DNA from: Mobula hypostoma
Lineage: Eukaryota
Direction of reading: 5' to 3'
Assembly: GCF_963921235.1 (NCBI RefSeq)
Contig: NC_086108.1
Coordinates: 60,700,001-60,764,000 of the forward strand
Length of the DNA: 64,000 bases
In this document: one piece after another, positions 52,369 through 64,000 of the stretch
How positions within the stretch are numbered: the first letter of the stretch is position 1
Layout: each line of letters starts with the position of its first letter
The notes under the pieces: generated by a model
What the model was told of the DNA's origin: nothing
The model's database searches: none
Seen by the model: the letters and a program-made list of their open reading frames with translations, nothing else
Position numbers and translations under genes: made by a program

Positions 52369-52902
52369 GCTAGCTAGCTACCTTGCAGGATATCACCAGA
52401 GAGTGCCGTATATTGATGTTTGCGACAGTCTGTACTCTTATCTAACCTAATTGGTCACGTTGATGCAGCAGAGGCTACGCTGAAAACGCAGTTCATGGCG
52501 GGGGAGGTACATACATGCGCACCGGGCAGAAAGAATGGAACTAAAACCCTGCAACCCAGAAACAATCTCTCTTTACAAGTAGTTTTCAATAGTGAAAATA
52601 TTGCTATATTACCATTATCCTCATTAGCATTACTTATTTTTATAATGCTCACATTACAACAGTATTTGTGTATTTATTTTTCTTTTTTTTCGGGATCTAC
52701 TGGGAAAGTCTCAAAGATCGACCAGTTGATCACGATCGACGGGTTGGTGACCCCCTACTCTATGTCCATCTCCTGAGTAAATACAGATGCAAAAGTCTCA
52801 TTTAAGATCTCCCCTATTCCTTTTGGCTCCACACATGTTAAACCATCCAATCCCTGATCAGCTGCATATCCAACAGATATTTAGAGTACAGATTAATCTC
52901 AC

Positions 52903-53002
52903 CTCTTGAAGTTTTTTCTCAATTTCTTTAAAAACAGTTTGGGCTTTGAAGCCATTAACACTGGATTCAGCACTGGTCGGAACTGCTTGGATGTGCTGGC
53001 CT
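52903..53002 (-). CDS. SCP2: SCP2 coding exon (pro-peptide and start of the SCP2 domain)
   Basis: 100-nt exon, gatttcag| ... |gtgaga. (R)GQHIQAVPTSAESSVNGFKAQTVFKEIEKKLQE; phases fit both neighbouring exons. Confidence 0.95.
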
Positions 53003-53810
53003 CTGAAATCGAGAATAATATAAAGTGAAAGTCAAAGAATTTGAGCATGTTCAGAGTTGCATTTCATTGAGATCTACAACTTGTGCTGAGCTCTCATGTA
53101 GTGTAAACATAAATTTCAGTGTCAGCATCAACACACCTGGGTCAGGGAGAGGCAATGGTTTTCTGATAGGAGTAAAAGATAAACAGTCTTATTTACTATG
53201 TAAACATCGCCAATTGTAGTTTCAATGTTAAAATGCCAGTACTTACAAAACTTTCAATTATTCAAACTCACTAGGATGAATCAAGATACACAGGCAAAGA
53301 TTAAGTTCTTCCTTCCTAGATATCTTGATGTAATTACATTATAAAGTCTCACACACCAGATTTCACTAATACGTCATCCATTAAAAATGCTCAACATGAT
53401 TACTGAAAAAATAACTCTGTTAATTTCAATTTCTCACTCAGAAAATGAAATTATCAAGCTCAATATATCAAAAATAAAAAACAAATACTTCACAACATGA
53501 CAGACTTATTCAACTGCTCTCCATTTGTTAAAGGTTTAATATCTGGCTTAAATTGAGTATTCTAATTTACAAAATTAGTAAGTTTTCTGTGTAGAGTTGG
53601 AAATGCGTATTCTTTCCTAGAAATGTTTGTAGAATTTATCAAATTACAGCTTTGCAGAAAGATGCAAAAACAAATTAATTGAAATAACAAAGCTTTATTG
53701 CACATAATAATTATCGAGGGAAGGTTGTATATAGCAACAGCAAGGTTCACAGTTGAATGAATCATGCCGCATTATTCACAGTTGGAGATTGCACTAACAC
53801 AATTGATTAG

Positions 53811-54776
53811 TGTTGTGTATTTAGTATTTCAGTAATACATGAGTAATGTAAATACATTGTTTGATTAAGCATTCTTTGTTTAAATAATTCATTATAGTCT
53901 ATATGCTAGAGTAAGGGAATTGCATACGTTATTACACTACCGTGTGATGAAGTGTGTGCCTCACTTAAAGTAAATAGACAAAACTACATGGTCTCCCAGA
54001 ATCCCCGTGTATTTCTATCAATTATTTTTCTGTTTTAGAGTTAAAAAACATAACACTGGTGATGAATAAGTTTTAAATGAATTCAGGAAAACTAGCTACC
54101 TGTTGAAGTGCAGCAAAATGCTCGGGTTTTGAAAAGGCGCAGCAGGTGCTTCTTTGAGAAGCGACAGAGTTAAAATACAGAAAATGGACAAACTGATGGG
54201 CTCAATCTGTGATTACTAATAGTCATAATTTAAAAAAAAAACAGAAATGGCTGTCTACCTTGGAAAGATGCATTCGATTGTACAAGTGATCAGGATATTG
54301 TATACTAAGTGAATTCAGCAGTAGTTTGAAGCAAATAAAATAGCCAATGAAAAGCTATTTTTGCTGAGCATACTGGGTTTAAAGGCAGACAGTCTGCATA
54401 GACGTTTAACTGCTCCAACCAAAACACCCAACATGAGCTTTGCAAATATTGCGAAAGTAATCCAAGAACATTTAGAACTGAAGCCATTGATGGTTGCAGA
54501 ACGCTTCAGGTTTCATAACCAGAATCAAAATGAAGGGGAGTCCATCTCAGTACAGGCGGCTGAATTGAAGAAGCTGCCTGAACATTGTCAATTCAGTGAT
54601 AGGCTTAATGATGCACTGAGCGATCACTCAGTTTGTGGAATCTTACAAGAAAGCATTCAAAAACTGCTCCTAACTGAAGCACAACTTACATTTAAAAGAG
54701 CAGTTGAAATAGCTGCATCAATGGAAACAGCAGACAGAGATGCCATGTTTTATGTTTTGGAGTTACAAAAATAACA
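53811..54776 (+). mobile_element. Internally deleted Gypsy-type LTR retrotransposon
   Basis: LTR TGTTG...TAACA at 53811-54055, PBS-like tggtgatga, gag remnant (AERFRFH..Q.EGESI...LTFKRAVEIA..ME), then the last ~30 bp of the 3' LTR; 5-bp TSD attag. Confidence 0.87.
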
Positions 54777-55941
54777 ATTAGTATTGTATAAAAATTTTCC
54801 ACTTACATTCTTTTTTTTGCTGGAGAAATAATTTTGCCTTTAAACTGTTGTTATTTGTGTCTCTGATTCAGTTTGATGTGTAATTAAGTTTTTATTTCCC
54901 AATTTACTCATTCATGTAACACTACTATCATTTATCATCCATCTCCAATTGTCTTTTAATTGAGGAGGCAGTTAAGAGTCAACCACAATGGTGCGTCTCA
55001 AGTTATGTCTAAGTCAAAAGTAGTAAAGGCTTCTTACCCTGAAGTCCTGTTGTAAAGGAAGCCCTACCTCCAAATCATTCTTTGGCAAAGCTGTGTGAAT
55101 ACTTGTGTACGCTAATAGTCTTTTCAGTTTGTGAACAAATATCTCATAGTGATAATATATATCCCCAAAAAATATTGTAATTTCTTTCGTGAGAGTCATG
55201 GAAAAATAAAAGAGCGCTTTGCTGCATTGAAAATTAAGCATTTTCATGTCTACATAATACTGACATTCATATAATAAAGAATATAACAAGTTAGAGACTG
55301 CATTAATGAGTTCTAATAAATCTTATTTATTTATTGGAAATTATTCTCACCAAAGATACATGACTGCATTGGGTAAAAGTGAAATTTTTTTTTAGACAAA
55401 GAAATGTTGTACAACAGATAGGAGTGGATCCATTGACTAACCAAACTTAAAAGTTTATACTAATGCAGTAATGTATGAATAAGAACACAGAGACTGAGCA
55501 ATGATGGAAGAATTGTTGGCTGTTTACCCGAGGCAAAATTCTGATCTCATGGTTATCTCTCATTTTGCGAAAGTGCACCTAGGGTCAAGCAAGTGATACA
55601 TCCCATTTGACAGTCCCCTACCAGTCTACGTGGGTTCCAAAACAAGATTTTGTTCAGGGCCTCAGTCTATTTGCGTCTGGTAAATAGGAAGTAGGAAGAG
55701 ATTGAAAAGCTGTAATCTCATTACTGACGGGCAGGAAAAGGTTTTTGTCTGGTTCAAGTTAAAGTGAAGGACCACATTGTTTCAGTGTAAAGGTAGACCT
55801 CTAGTTTGCATTACAGGCAATGCCTAAGCACACAGGCTGAAGCTGAATGGAGATCTCGGCTTACGCTGCGCACACACACTGCATTCACTACTGCATCTTC
55901 ATGCTACCCAGTTCCCTGGTATATAAGGAGTATTAACTCAC

Positions 55942-56095
55942 CTCACAGCATCTGGGAAACCCATCCTGTATATCGTTACAACCACAGCACCACCAAGGCC
56001 GATATTATGCTGCAAGGCGACCTTTGCCCCAGGAACTTGCCTCTTGTCGGCTTCGCCTCTCAGCTGCCAGCACAGTTCAGCACACTGGGCCAGAC
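55942..56095 (-). CDS. SCP2: SCP2/SCPx coding exon: thiolase C-terminus plus start of pro-SCP2
   Basis: 154-nt exon with acceptor cttgtcag| and donor |gtgagt. Translates (G)[50 protein letters not shown](R), recognisable as the SCPx thiolase C-terminus. Internal ATG of MGFP at 55964-55962. Confidence 0.96.
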
Positions 56096-57333
56096 CTGAC
56101 AAGTCAAACACAGACACTGTCGATGTTTAAGCTCGCTCAGGCACAAAACCAAGAAAGCCAGAACACAGCAGCACTTTTCAAGCTTCCAAACACGGGGTTT
56201 GATTAGTTTAAATACTAGAGAAAATCGGTGGCTTTAACCAACTATGTGCAATGATAATATATAAATGTATATCATGGAGATTTTGCAAGATTGTTCCCAA
56301 AACTGAGTTATTGATAGAAGTCTGTCTGACTAAAACTTACAGGTTTTTCCTCTATTTTAATGCAACTGGACCAAAAGCAGAATAGTGGGAATGCAGTTGT
56401 GTGGGTCTGGTTCATGCAGAGGCACATTTACAGTAGATCATTAAAAAATTGATTAAAAGATACAGACATTAACATTTTTCCATTTTTTAAGGATAGTGAT
56501 GTGTACTTGAGACGGAATTACATGACAGCTTAAATCCTATCGCCCTACAGTCCCCCAAACATGATAATCCAGATGATAATTCTATATAACACAGGACTTA
56601 AGTTACTGTACTTCAAACCTGTAACACTAGTACAAGCAAAGTTTTGTCTTTACAAGTTCCCAGGCAAAGCAAACAATGCAGCTCTATGATTTTAGAGCAA
56701 TAGGATACTATCAAAGTCGTCCAGACGTTAAAGTAGCAAGCGTAGAATAAGGATTTCTAGTAACAGGAGTGCTTTGAGCAATGTGGAACGAGAGATCAAT
56801 TCAAAGTAAGCAAGCTTATTGTAGAACCAGGGAAGGCATGAATATCTGTTGTTTTGAAATAGTGCTTGTGACAAGACTGGACGTGGGATGCTGGGTTTGA
56901 AGAGCAGGAGGAACATTGCTAACATTAGCAGATGTTTCTGATAAAGTCATGTTACCGATTCCTTACATTCTTGTAACTTGCATACAGAGCTAAAGATTCT
57001 GTGTGCAATCTTGGGTTTTTAGCAAACGAGTTATTATGGAAAAGGAAATACAGGATTTCTGACCAAGTACCAGTTATACAGGTCACACAAAAGTACTAAC
57101 AAATCCTTGGAAATGTCTGCTTCAATTAAAATACAAACCATATTTTTAACAACTACAACACATGGGACAGAAAATTGCTGATAAAGTAATTTATTTTGCA
57201 TCTAAATAACTCAAATAATCTTGTTTTCCCTTTCATTGAAGAATAATCCCCTGCACTTGCAAACTATATGTATATTTACAGAACCCATTGGAAACATAGA
57301 ACTATGTCTAATTCTCCCCATATGACCCACTTA

Positions 57334-59897
57334 CAGTGCCTATAAGAAGTATTCACTCCCCTTGGAAGTTTTCATGTTTATTGTTTTATAACACTGAATC
57401 ACAGTGAATTTAATCTGGCTTTTTTTTTGACAGTGATCAACAGAAAAAGACTTTTTCATGTCAAAATGAAAACAGATCTCTACAAAGTGCTCTAAATTAA
57501 TTACAAATATAAAACTCAAAATAATTGATTGCATAATTATTCACCCTCTTCAAGCCAGTATTTAGTAGATGCATCTTTGGTAGCAATTACAGCCTTGAGA
57601 CTGTGGATCTGGACACATCTGTACCCTGCAATTTTTCCCATTCTTCTTACAAAACTGCTCAAGCTCTGTCAGATTGCTTTGGGATCATAAGTGAGCAGCC
57701 CTTTTCAAGTCCAGCCACAACTTCTCAATTGGATTGAGGTCTGGACTCTGATTTGGCCACTCCAGAGCATTAACTTCCTTGTTTTTAAGTCATTCCTGTG
57801 TAGGTTTGGCTTTATGATTGGGGTCATTGTCTGGCCGGAAAACAAATCTTCTCCTAAGTTGCAGTTCTCTTGCAGACTGCATCCAGTTTTCCTCCAGGAC
57901 TTCCCTGTATTTTGCTGCATTCATTTTACCCTCTACCTTCACAAGCCTTCCAGGCCCTGCTGCAGTGAAGCATCCCCACAGCGTGATGCAGCCACCACCA
58001 TGCTTCATGGCAGGGATGGTATGCTTTTGATGATGTACCATGTTTGGCTTATGCCAAACATAGCATTTAGTCTGATGACAAAAAGCTCAATTTTGGTTTC
58101 ATCAGACCATAGAATCTTCTTCCAGCAGACTTCATAGTCTCCCGCATGCCTTCTGGCAAACTTTAGTCAAGATTTCACATGAGTATTGTTTTCCCAATGG
58201 TGGCTTTCTCTTTGCTACTTTTCCATAAAGCTGCAACTGGTGAAGCACCCGGGCAACAGCTGTTGTGTGTGCAATCTCTCCCATCTCAGACACTGAAGCT
58301 TGGAACTCCTCCAAGAGTTGTCATAGGTCTCTTAGTGACCTCCCTCGCTAATCCTCTTCCTGCATGGTCACTCCGTTTTTGAGGACAGCGTGCTCTGGGC
58401 AGATTTACATCTGAGCCATAATAGAAACATAGAAAATAGGTGCAGGAGTAGGCCATTCGGCCCTTCGAGCCTGCACCGCCATTTATTATGATCATGGCTG
58501 ATCCTCCAACTCAGAACCCCGCCCCAGTCTTCCCTCCATACCCCCTGACCCCCGTAGCCACAAGGGCCATATCTAACTCCCTCTTAAATATAGCCAATGA
58601 ACTGGCCTCAACTGTTTCCTGTGGCAGAGAATTCCACAGATTCACCACTCTCTGTGTGAAGAAGTTTTTCCTAATCTCGGTCCTAAAAGGCTTCCCCTCT
58701 ATCCTCAAACTGTGACCCCTCATTCTGGACTTCCCCAACATCAGGAACAATCTTCCTGCATCTAGCCTGTCCAATCCCTTTAGGATCTTATACGTTTCAA
58801 TCAGATCCCTCCTCAATCTTCTAAATTCCAACGAGTACAAGCGCAGTTCATCCAGTCTTTCTTCATATGAAAGTCCTGCCATCCCAGGAATCAATCTGGT
58901 GAACCTTCTTTGTACTCCCTCTATGGCAAGGATGTCTTTCCTCAGATTAGGGGACCAAAACTGCACACAATACTCCAGGTGTGGTCTCACCATGGCCTTG
59001 TACAACTGCAGTAGTACCTCCCTGCTCCTGTACTCGAATCCTCTCGCTATAAATGCCAGCATACCATTCGCCTTTTTCACCGCCTGCTATACCTGCATGC
59101 CCACTTTCAATGACTGGTGTATAATGACACCCAGGTCTCGTTGCACCTCCCCTTTTCCTAATCAGCCACCATTCAGATAATAATCTGTTTTCCTATTTTT
59201 GCCACCAAAGTGGATAACTTCACATTTATCCACATTAAATTGCATCTGCCATGAATTTGCCCACTCACCCAACCTATCCAAGTCACCCTGCATCCTCTTA
59301 GCATCCTCCTCACAGCTAACACTGCCACTAAATCTTTCTATTTCTTGTTGATTGACTTAACTGTACTCCAAGGGATATTCAGTGACTTGGAAATTTTCTT
59401 ATATTCATCTCCTGACTTGTGCTTTCCAAAAACCTTTTTTGCAATGTTGCCAGAAGTGTTCTCTTGTTCTTCCTTGTGTAGTTTTTGCCAGGATACTGAC
59501 TCACCAACAGTTGGACCTTCACCAACAGCTGGAACTTCTAGATACAGATGTATTTTTACTACAGTCAATTGAAACACCTTGACTGCATCCAGGTCTCCAC
59601 AAGCAGATCTCCATTTAACTAATTATGTGACATCTGAAACCAATTGGCTGCACCAGTGATGATTTGGTGTGTCATATTAAAGGGGGGGGGGAATATTTAT
59701 GAAATCAATCATTTTGTATTTTATATTAGTAATTAATTTAGATCACTTTGTAGAGATCTAGTTTCAATTTTACACAAAAGTCTTTTTCTGTTGATCAGTG
59801 TTAAAAAAAAAACAAATTAAATCCACTGTGATTCAATGTTGTAAAACAATAAAGCATGAAAACTTCCAAGGTGAGTGAATACTTTTCATAAGCACTG
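57334..59897 (-). mobile_element. Tc1-family transposon with ~210-bp TIRs and decayed transposase
   Basis: ta|cagtgcctataagaagtattcac ... gtgaatacttttcataagcactg|ta; remnants KHGGGCITLWGCF, DNDPNH and YKKISKSLNIPWSTVKSI. Confidence 0.92.
58420..59328 (-). mobile_element. Young 5'-truncated CR1 inserted in the Tc1 element
   Basis: ORF 58511..59080 is the CR1 ORF2 C-terminus; tail tttctatgtttctat. Confidence 0.92.
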
Positions 59898-60674
59898 TAC
59901 ACTGCACACAAAAAGTAGATACAGATATGTACAACACAGAAAAAAAGCCCCTTGGCTTATGCTTGTCCATGCCAAATAAGATGTATACTTAATTCAGTCC
60001 TACTTCCCGGCACCTGGCCCATATCCCTAACTCATGTTACCCATTTACCTGCCTACATACAGGACTTCTTAAATCTACCTAATATACCTACCTCAACCAC
60101 TTCCTCTGACACAGCTGTTCCTGTATACCTACCACTCGTTGTGTTAAAAACTTGCCTCTCAGGTTCTTACTATTCCTTTCATCTCTTACTTTAAAACTAT
60201 GTCCTTTAGTTTTCGATTCCCTAACCCTGGAAAAAAGACCACTCACCTTGCCTTTGCCCTTATGATTTTACGTACCTCAAAGAGATAACCCCTCAGTTTC
60301 CAGCCCATCTAACCTCTGCCTACAATTCAGCTCCTTGAGTCCTGGCGACATCCTTGTACATCTTGTTTACACTCCTGTATACGTTTCATCACATCCTTCC
60401 TGTCACAGGCTGATCAAAACTGAACACAATATTGTAAGTGTGACCTCACTAATGTCTTATATAATCATAACATAACTTCCCAACTTCTATATTTAATGCC
60501 CTGCTGACTGATGAATACCAGAATGTCAAAAGCCTTCTTCACTGCCATATCTGCATATGAGTCCACTTTAGGGGAATTATACACCTGGACTCCACAGTCC
60601 TTCTGTTCTACAACAGTACCCAGGGCTCAATGCAAACATCCTATCTTGATTTGTCCTTTCAAAATGTAACACTT

Positions 60675-62400
60675 TTGTCTGCCAGTGCCACTTTTGAGGA
60701 CATAAATAATCTTCCAGAAATAGTAGGGGACTGAGGGTCTCGTGAGATGGAGGAACTGAGGGAAACATGTGCTAGTAGGGAAGTGATGTTAGGTAAATTG
60801 AAGGGATTAAAGGCAGATAAATCCTAAGGGCCAGATGGTCTGCATCCCAGAGTGCTTAAGGAAGTAGCCCAAGAAATAGTGGATGCACTAGTGATAATTT
60901 TTCAAAACTCTTTAGATTCTGGACTCGTTCCTGAGGATTGGAGGGTGGCTAATGTAACCCCGCTTTTTAAAAAAGGAGGGAGAGAGAAACCAGGGAATTG
61001 TAGACTGGTTAGCCTGACATCGGTGGTGGGGAAAATGCAAGAGTCAGTTATCAAAGATGTGATAACAGCACATTTGGAAAGCAGTGAAATCATCAGACAA
61101 ATTCAGCATGGATTTGCGAAAGGAAAATCATGTCTGACAAACCTCATAGAATTTTTTGAGAATGTAGCTAGTTGAGTGGATAGGGGAGAACCAGTGGATG
61201 TGGTATATTTGGATTTTCAAAAGGCTTTTGACAAGGTCCCACACAGGAGATTAGTGTGCAAACTTAAAGCACATGGTATTGGGGGTATGGTATTGATGTG
61301 GAAAGAGAATTGGTTGGCAGACAGGAAGCAAAGGGTGGGAATAAACGGGACCTTTTCAGAATGGCAGGTAGTGACTAGTGGGGTACCGCAAGGCTCAGTG
61401 CTGGAACCCCAGTTGTTTACAATATATATTAATGACTTAGACGAGGGAATTAAATGCAGCATCTCCAAGTTTGCGGATGACACGAAGCTGGGCGGCAGTG
61501 TTAGCTGTGAGGAAGATGCTAAGAGTATGCAGGGTGAATTGGATAGGTTAGGTGAGTGGGCAAATTCATGGCAGATGCAATTTAATGTGGATAAATGTGA
61601 GGTTGTCCACTTTGGTGGCAAGAACATGAAAACAGATTATTATCTCAATGGTGGCCGATTAGGAAAAGGGGAGGTGCAACGAGACCTGGGTGTCATTATA
61701 CACCAGTCATTGAAAGCGGGCATGCAGGTACAGCAGGCCGTGAAAAAGACAAATGGTATGCTGGCATTCATAGCAAGAGGATTTCAGTACAGGAGCAGGG
61801 AAGTACTACTGCAGTTGTACAAGGCCTTGGTGAGACCATACCTGGAGTATTGTGTGCAGTTTTGGTCCCCTAATCAGAGGAAAGACATTCTTGCCATAGA
61901 GGGAGTACAAAGAAGGTTCACCAGATTGATTCCTGGGATGGCAGGACTTTCATATGATGAAAGACTGGATCGACTAGGCTTGTACTCGCTGGAATTTAGA
62001 AGATTGAGGGGGGATCTGATTGAAACATATAAAATTCTAAAGGGATTGGACAGGCTCGATGCAGGAAGATTGTTCCCGATGTTGGGGAAGACCAGAATGA
62101 GGGGTCACAGTTTGAGGATAAAGGGGAAGCCTTTTAGGACCAAGACGAGGAAAAACTTCTTCACACAGACAGTGGCAAATCTGTGGAATTCTCTGCCACA
62201 GGAAACAGTTGAGGCCAGTTCATTGGCTATATTTAAGAGGGAGTTAGATATGGCCCTTGTGGCTAAAGGGATCAAGGAGTATGGAGAGAAGGCAGGTATA
62301 GGGTTCTGAGTTGGATGATCAGCCAGCCATGATCATACTGAATGGCGGTGCCGGCTTGAAGGGCCGAATGGCCTACTCCTGCACCTATTGTCTATGTTTC
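60675..62400 (+). mobile_element. 5'-truncated CR1 (RT with FADD) inserted in an older minus-strand CR1 (about 59920-60674 and 62401-62960)
   Basis: ORFs 60852..61175 and 61176..62309; acactt duplicated at 60669-60674 and 62401-62406. Confidence 0.9.
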
Positions 62401-64000
62401 ACACTTATATGAATTAAATTCCATTAGTCGCTCCTTAGCCCACCTACCTAGCTGATTAAGCTCGCACTGCAGCTCTTGATACAGTTCACTGTCATTAATA
62501 TCAGCTATTTCAATGTCATCTGCAAACTTACAATTCCTTGTATATTGTCATCCAAACCGTTCATATAGATAATAAATAACCCTGGGGCACATTCCAGCCT
62601 GTTTCCTACTGTCCAGCCAATTTTATATTGCTTGTTAGCTCTCACTGGATGCCTTATGATCCAACCTTCCATATGAAAGAGCAGCCTACCATGCAGAACC
62701 TGATCAAAAGCCTCACTGAACTGTACATACTCTACATTTATCACCCACCTCTCGACAATGTTCCCCATCAATTCATCAAAAAATTCTAATTAGTAAGACA
62801 AGATCTCCTGTGCACAAAGCCATGCTGGCAACCTTTGGTCAGTTCCTGCCTTTCCAAAAACAAATAAATCTTATCCATTTCAATGTTTTTCAGCAACTTA
62901 CTGGATGTTAGGCTAATGGGTCTCTAATCACTAGGTCTATCATTATAGCCCTCTTGAATAAAAGTACAAAAACATCAAGAGCTTGCAATTTTTGGAAGTT
63001 ACTTAGAAATGATAAAAACGCAGCACAGAAACTGTCCCTGCATCCTAACGCATCTAGCTCCATGTACACTTCCTCCCGGTTTACGTCATCACACTGTGTC
63101 ACTACATCCCTTTACTCCTCTAAACCTCATGTTTTTTTTTCCTGGAATGAAAATTTGCTTTGGCCAATTATCTTTTCACTGCCACCCTTAGAATGCAATG
63201 TTCTTCATTTCAGCACACCACTGCATAACCTTGGAATTATCCAGTTCACAGAAAATGAATTACAGTCACTTTCAGCAGGGCTAAGAAATATATAACAATG
63301 GGCAGCACAGCAGCAAGGCCGGTAGAGCCCCTGGCTCACTGACAGGTTCATTCCTAACCTCAGGTGTTTCTTTTTGGAGACTACACTTTCCCATTGTCTG
63401 ACTGCTTTTCCCCCAGTTGTTCCGGTTTGCTCTCACATTCCAAAGTCATGCAGGTGGGCAGCTTATCTGGCTGCTCTAGATTGCCCCTGCATGCAGGTGA
63501 GGGATAGAACCTGGGGGAGTTCATCAGAATGTGAAGAAAATAAATAAGGATTACTGTAAATGGTTGGTTGACAGCTAGTAAAGTCCTGATAGGCTGGAAG
63601 GCCTGCTGTGTGTTATACCACTCCATGACTGGTGGTGCAAGTTAAATATTTATCACAAAATGGTAGTTGGAATTCTGGGCATGTTATAAATCAGGACAAC
63701 GGAAGAAGGTTGATACAGTAATCATTGAGGACTTCAATCTACTTAAAAACTAGATAATTACATCAGTACTGTATTTAAAAGATGTAAACCAATTTCATGA
63801 AATGTATACTATCTTGAGGATCAAGAACTGACAAGACACTTGATGCTGTTTTGTGCATTGAGAAAGGGTTAATTGACAATATTTTTAGAAAGGATTATTC
63901 AAGGAAGAGTGACCAACATACGATAGAATTTTATACTGAATTTTAGAACATTAAAGCAGTACAGCTTAGGATTTCTGTGCCAGACTAAGCTAACTTCCTT

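Larger units (their letters stand above)
47357..52757 (-). mobile_element. hAT DNA transposon (GTF2IRD2/EPM2AIP1/Charlie-like transposase, decayed) hosting later insertions
   Basis: TIRs tagtggtcactaacc / ggttggtgacccccta; 8-bp TSD ctctctgt / ctctatgt. Confidence 0.9.
45780..52840 (-). mobile_element. Old CR1 (about 45780-47356 joined to 52758-52840), split by the hAT element
   Basis: ORF 46393..46722 carries an RT remnant. The sequence resumes after the hAT element with ccatctcctgagtaaatacagatgcaaa (FASVFTQE on the minus strand). Confidence 0.8.

Noticed and set aside
56100..64000. Next upstream SCPx exon (expected NPSGGLISKGHPLGAT-like)
   Set aside because: No matching translation with splice sites was found by eye; it probably lies beyond the window.
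1..64000. CRISPR arrays, prokaryotic operons or retron-like RT systems
   Set aside because: There is no regular repeat-spacer array, all RT sequences are eukaryotic CR1, Rex or PLE types, and the host genes are spliced.

Overview
Repeat-rich vertebrate genomic DNA. The repeat spectrum suggests a cartilaginous fish, probably a ray; this is an inference. Two host genes lie on the minus strand in the same order as in mammals: the last five coding exons of SCP2/SCPx (56095 to 24168, ending in the peroxisomal signal AKL*), then the first two coding exons of podocan (PODN; 18948-18697 and 15487-15394). Their introns are filled with nested transposable elements: CR1 LINEs (one near full length), Rex1/L2-like fragments, SINEs, Tc1/mariner, Tigger/pogo, hAT, a Harbinger-like MITE, a deleted Gypsy element, and Penelope-like elements (PLEs) carrying minimal hammerhead ribozymes. 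The most striking feature is a ~2.3-kb fold-back PLE derivative with a hammerhead at both ends. It occurs twice (43196-45505 and 48188-50466) with an identical internal junction but different target-site duplications, so the palindrome appears to move as a unit. Its outer arm ends are homogenised within each copy. A 93-bp hammerhead-only insertion with its own 14-bp TSD is also present. All coordinates were read by eye; boundaries of degenerate repeats are approximate.
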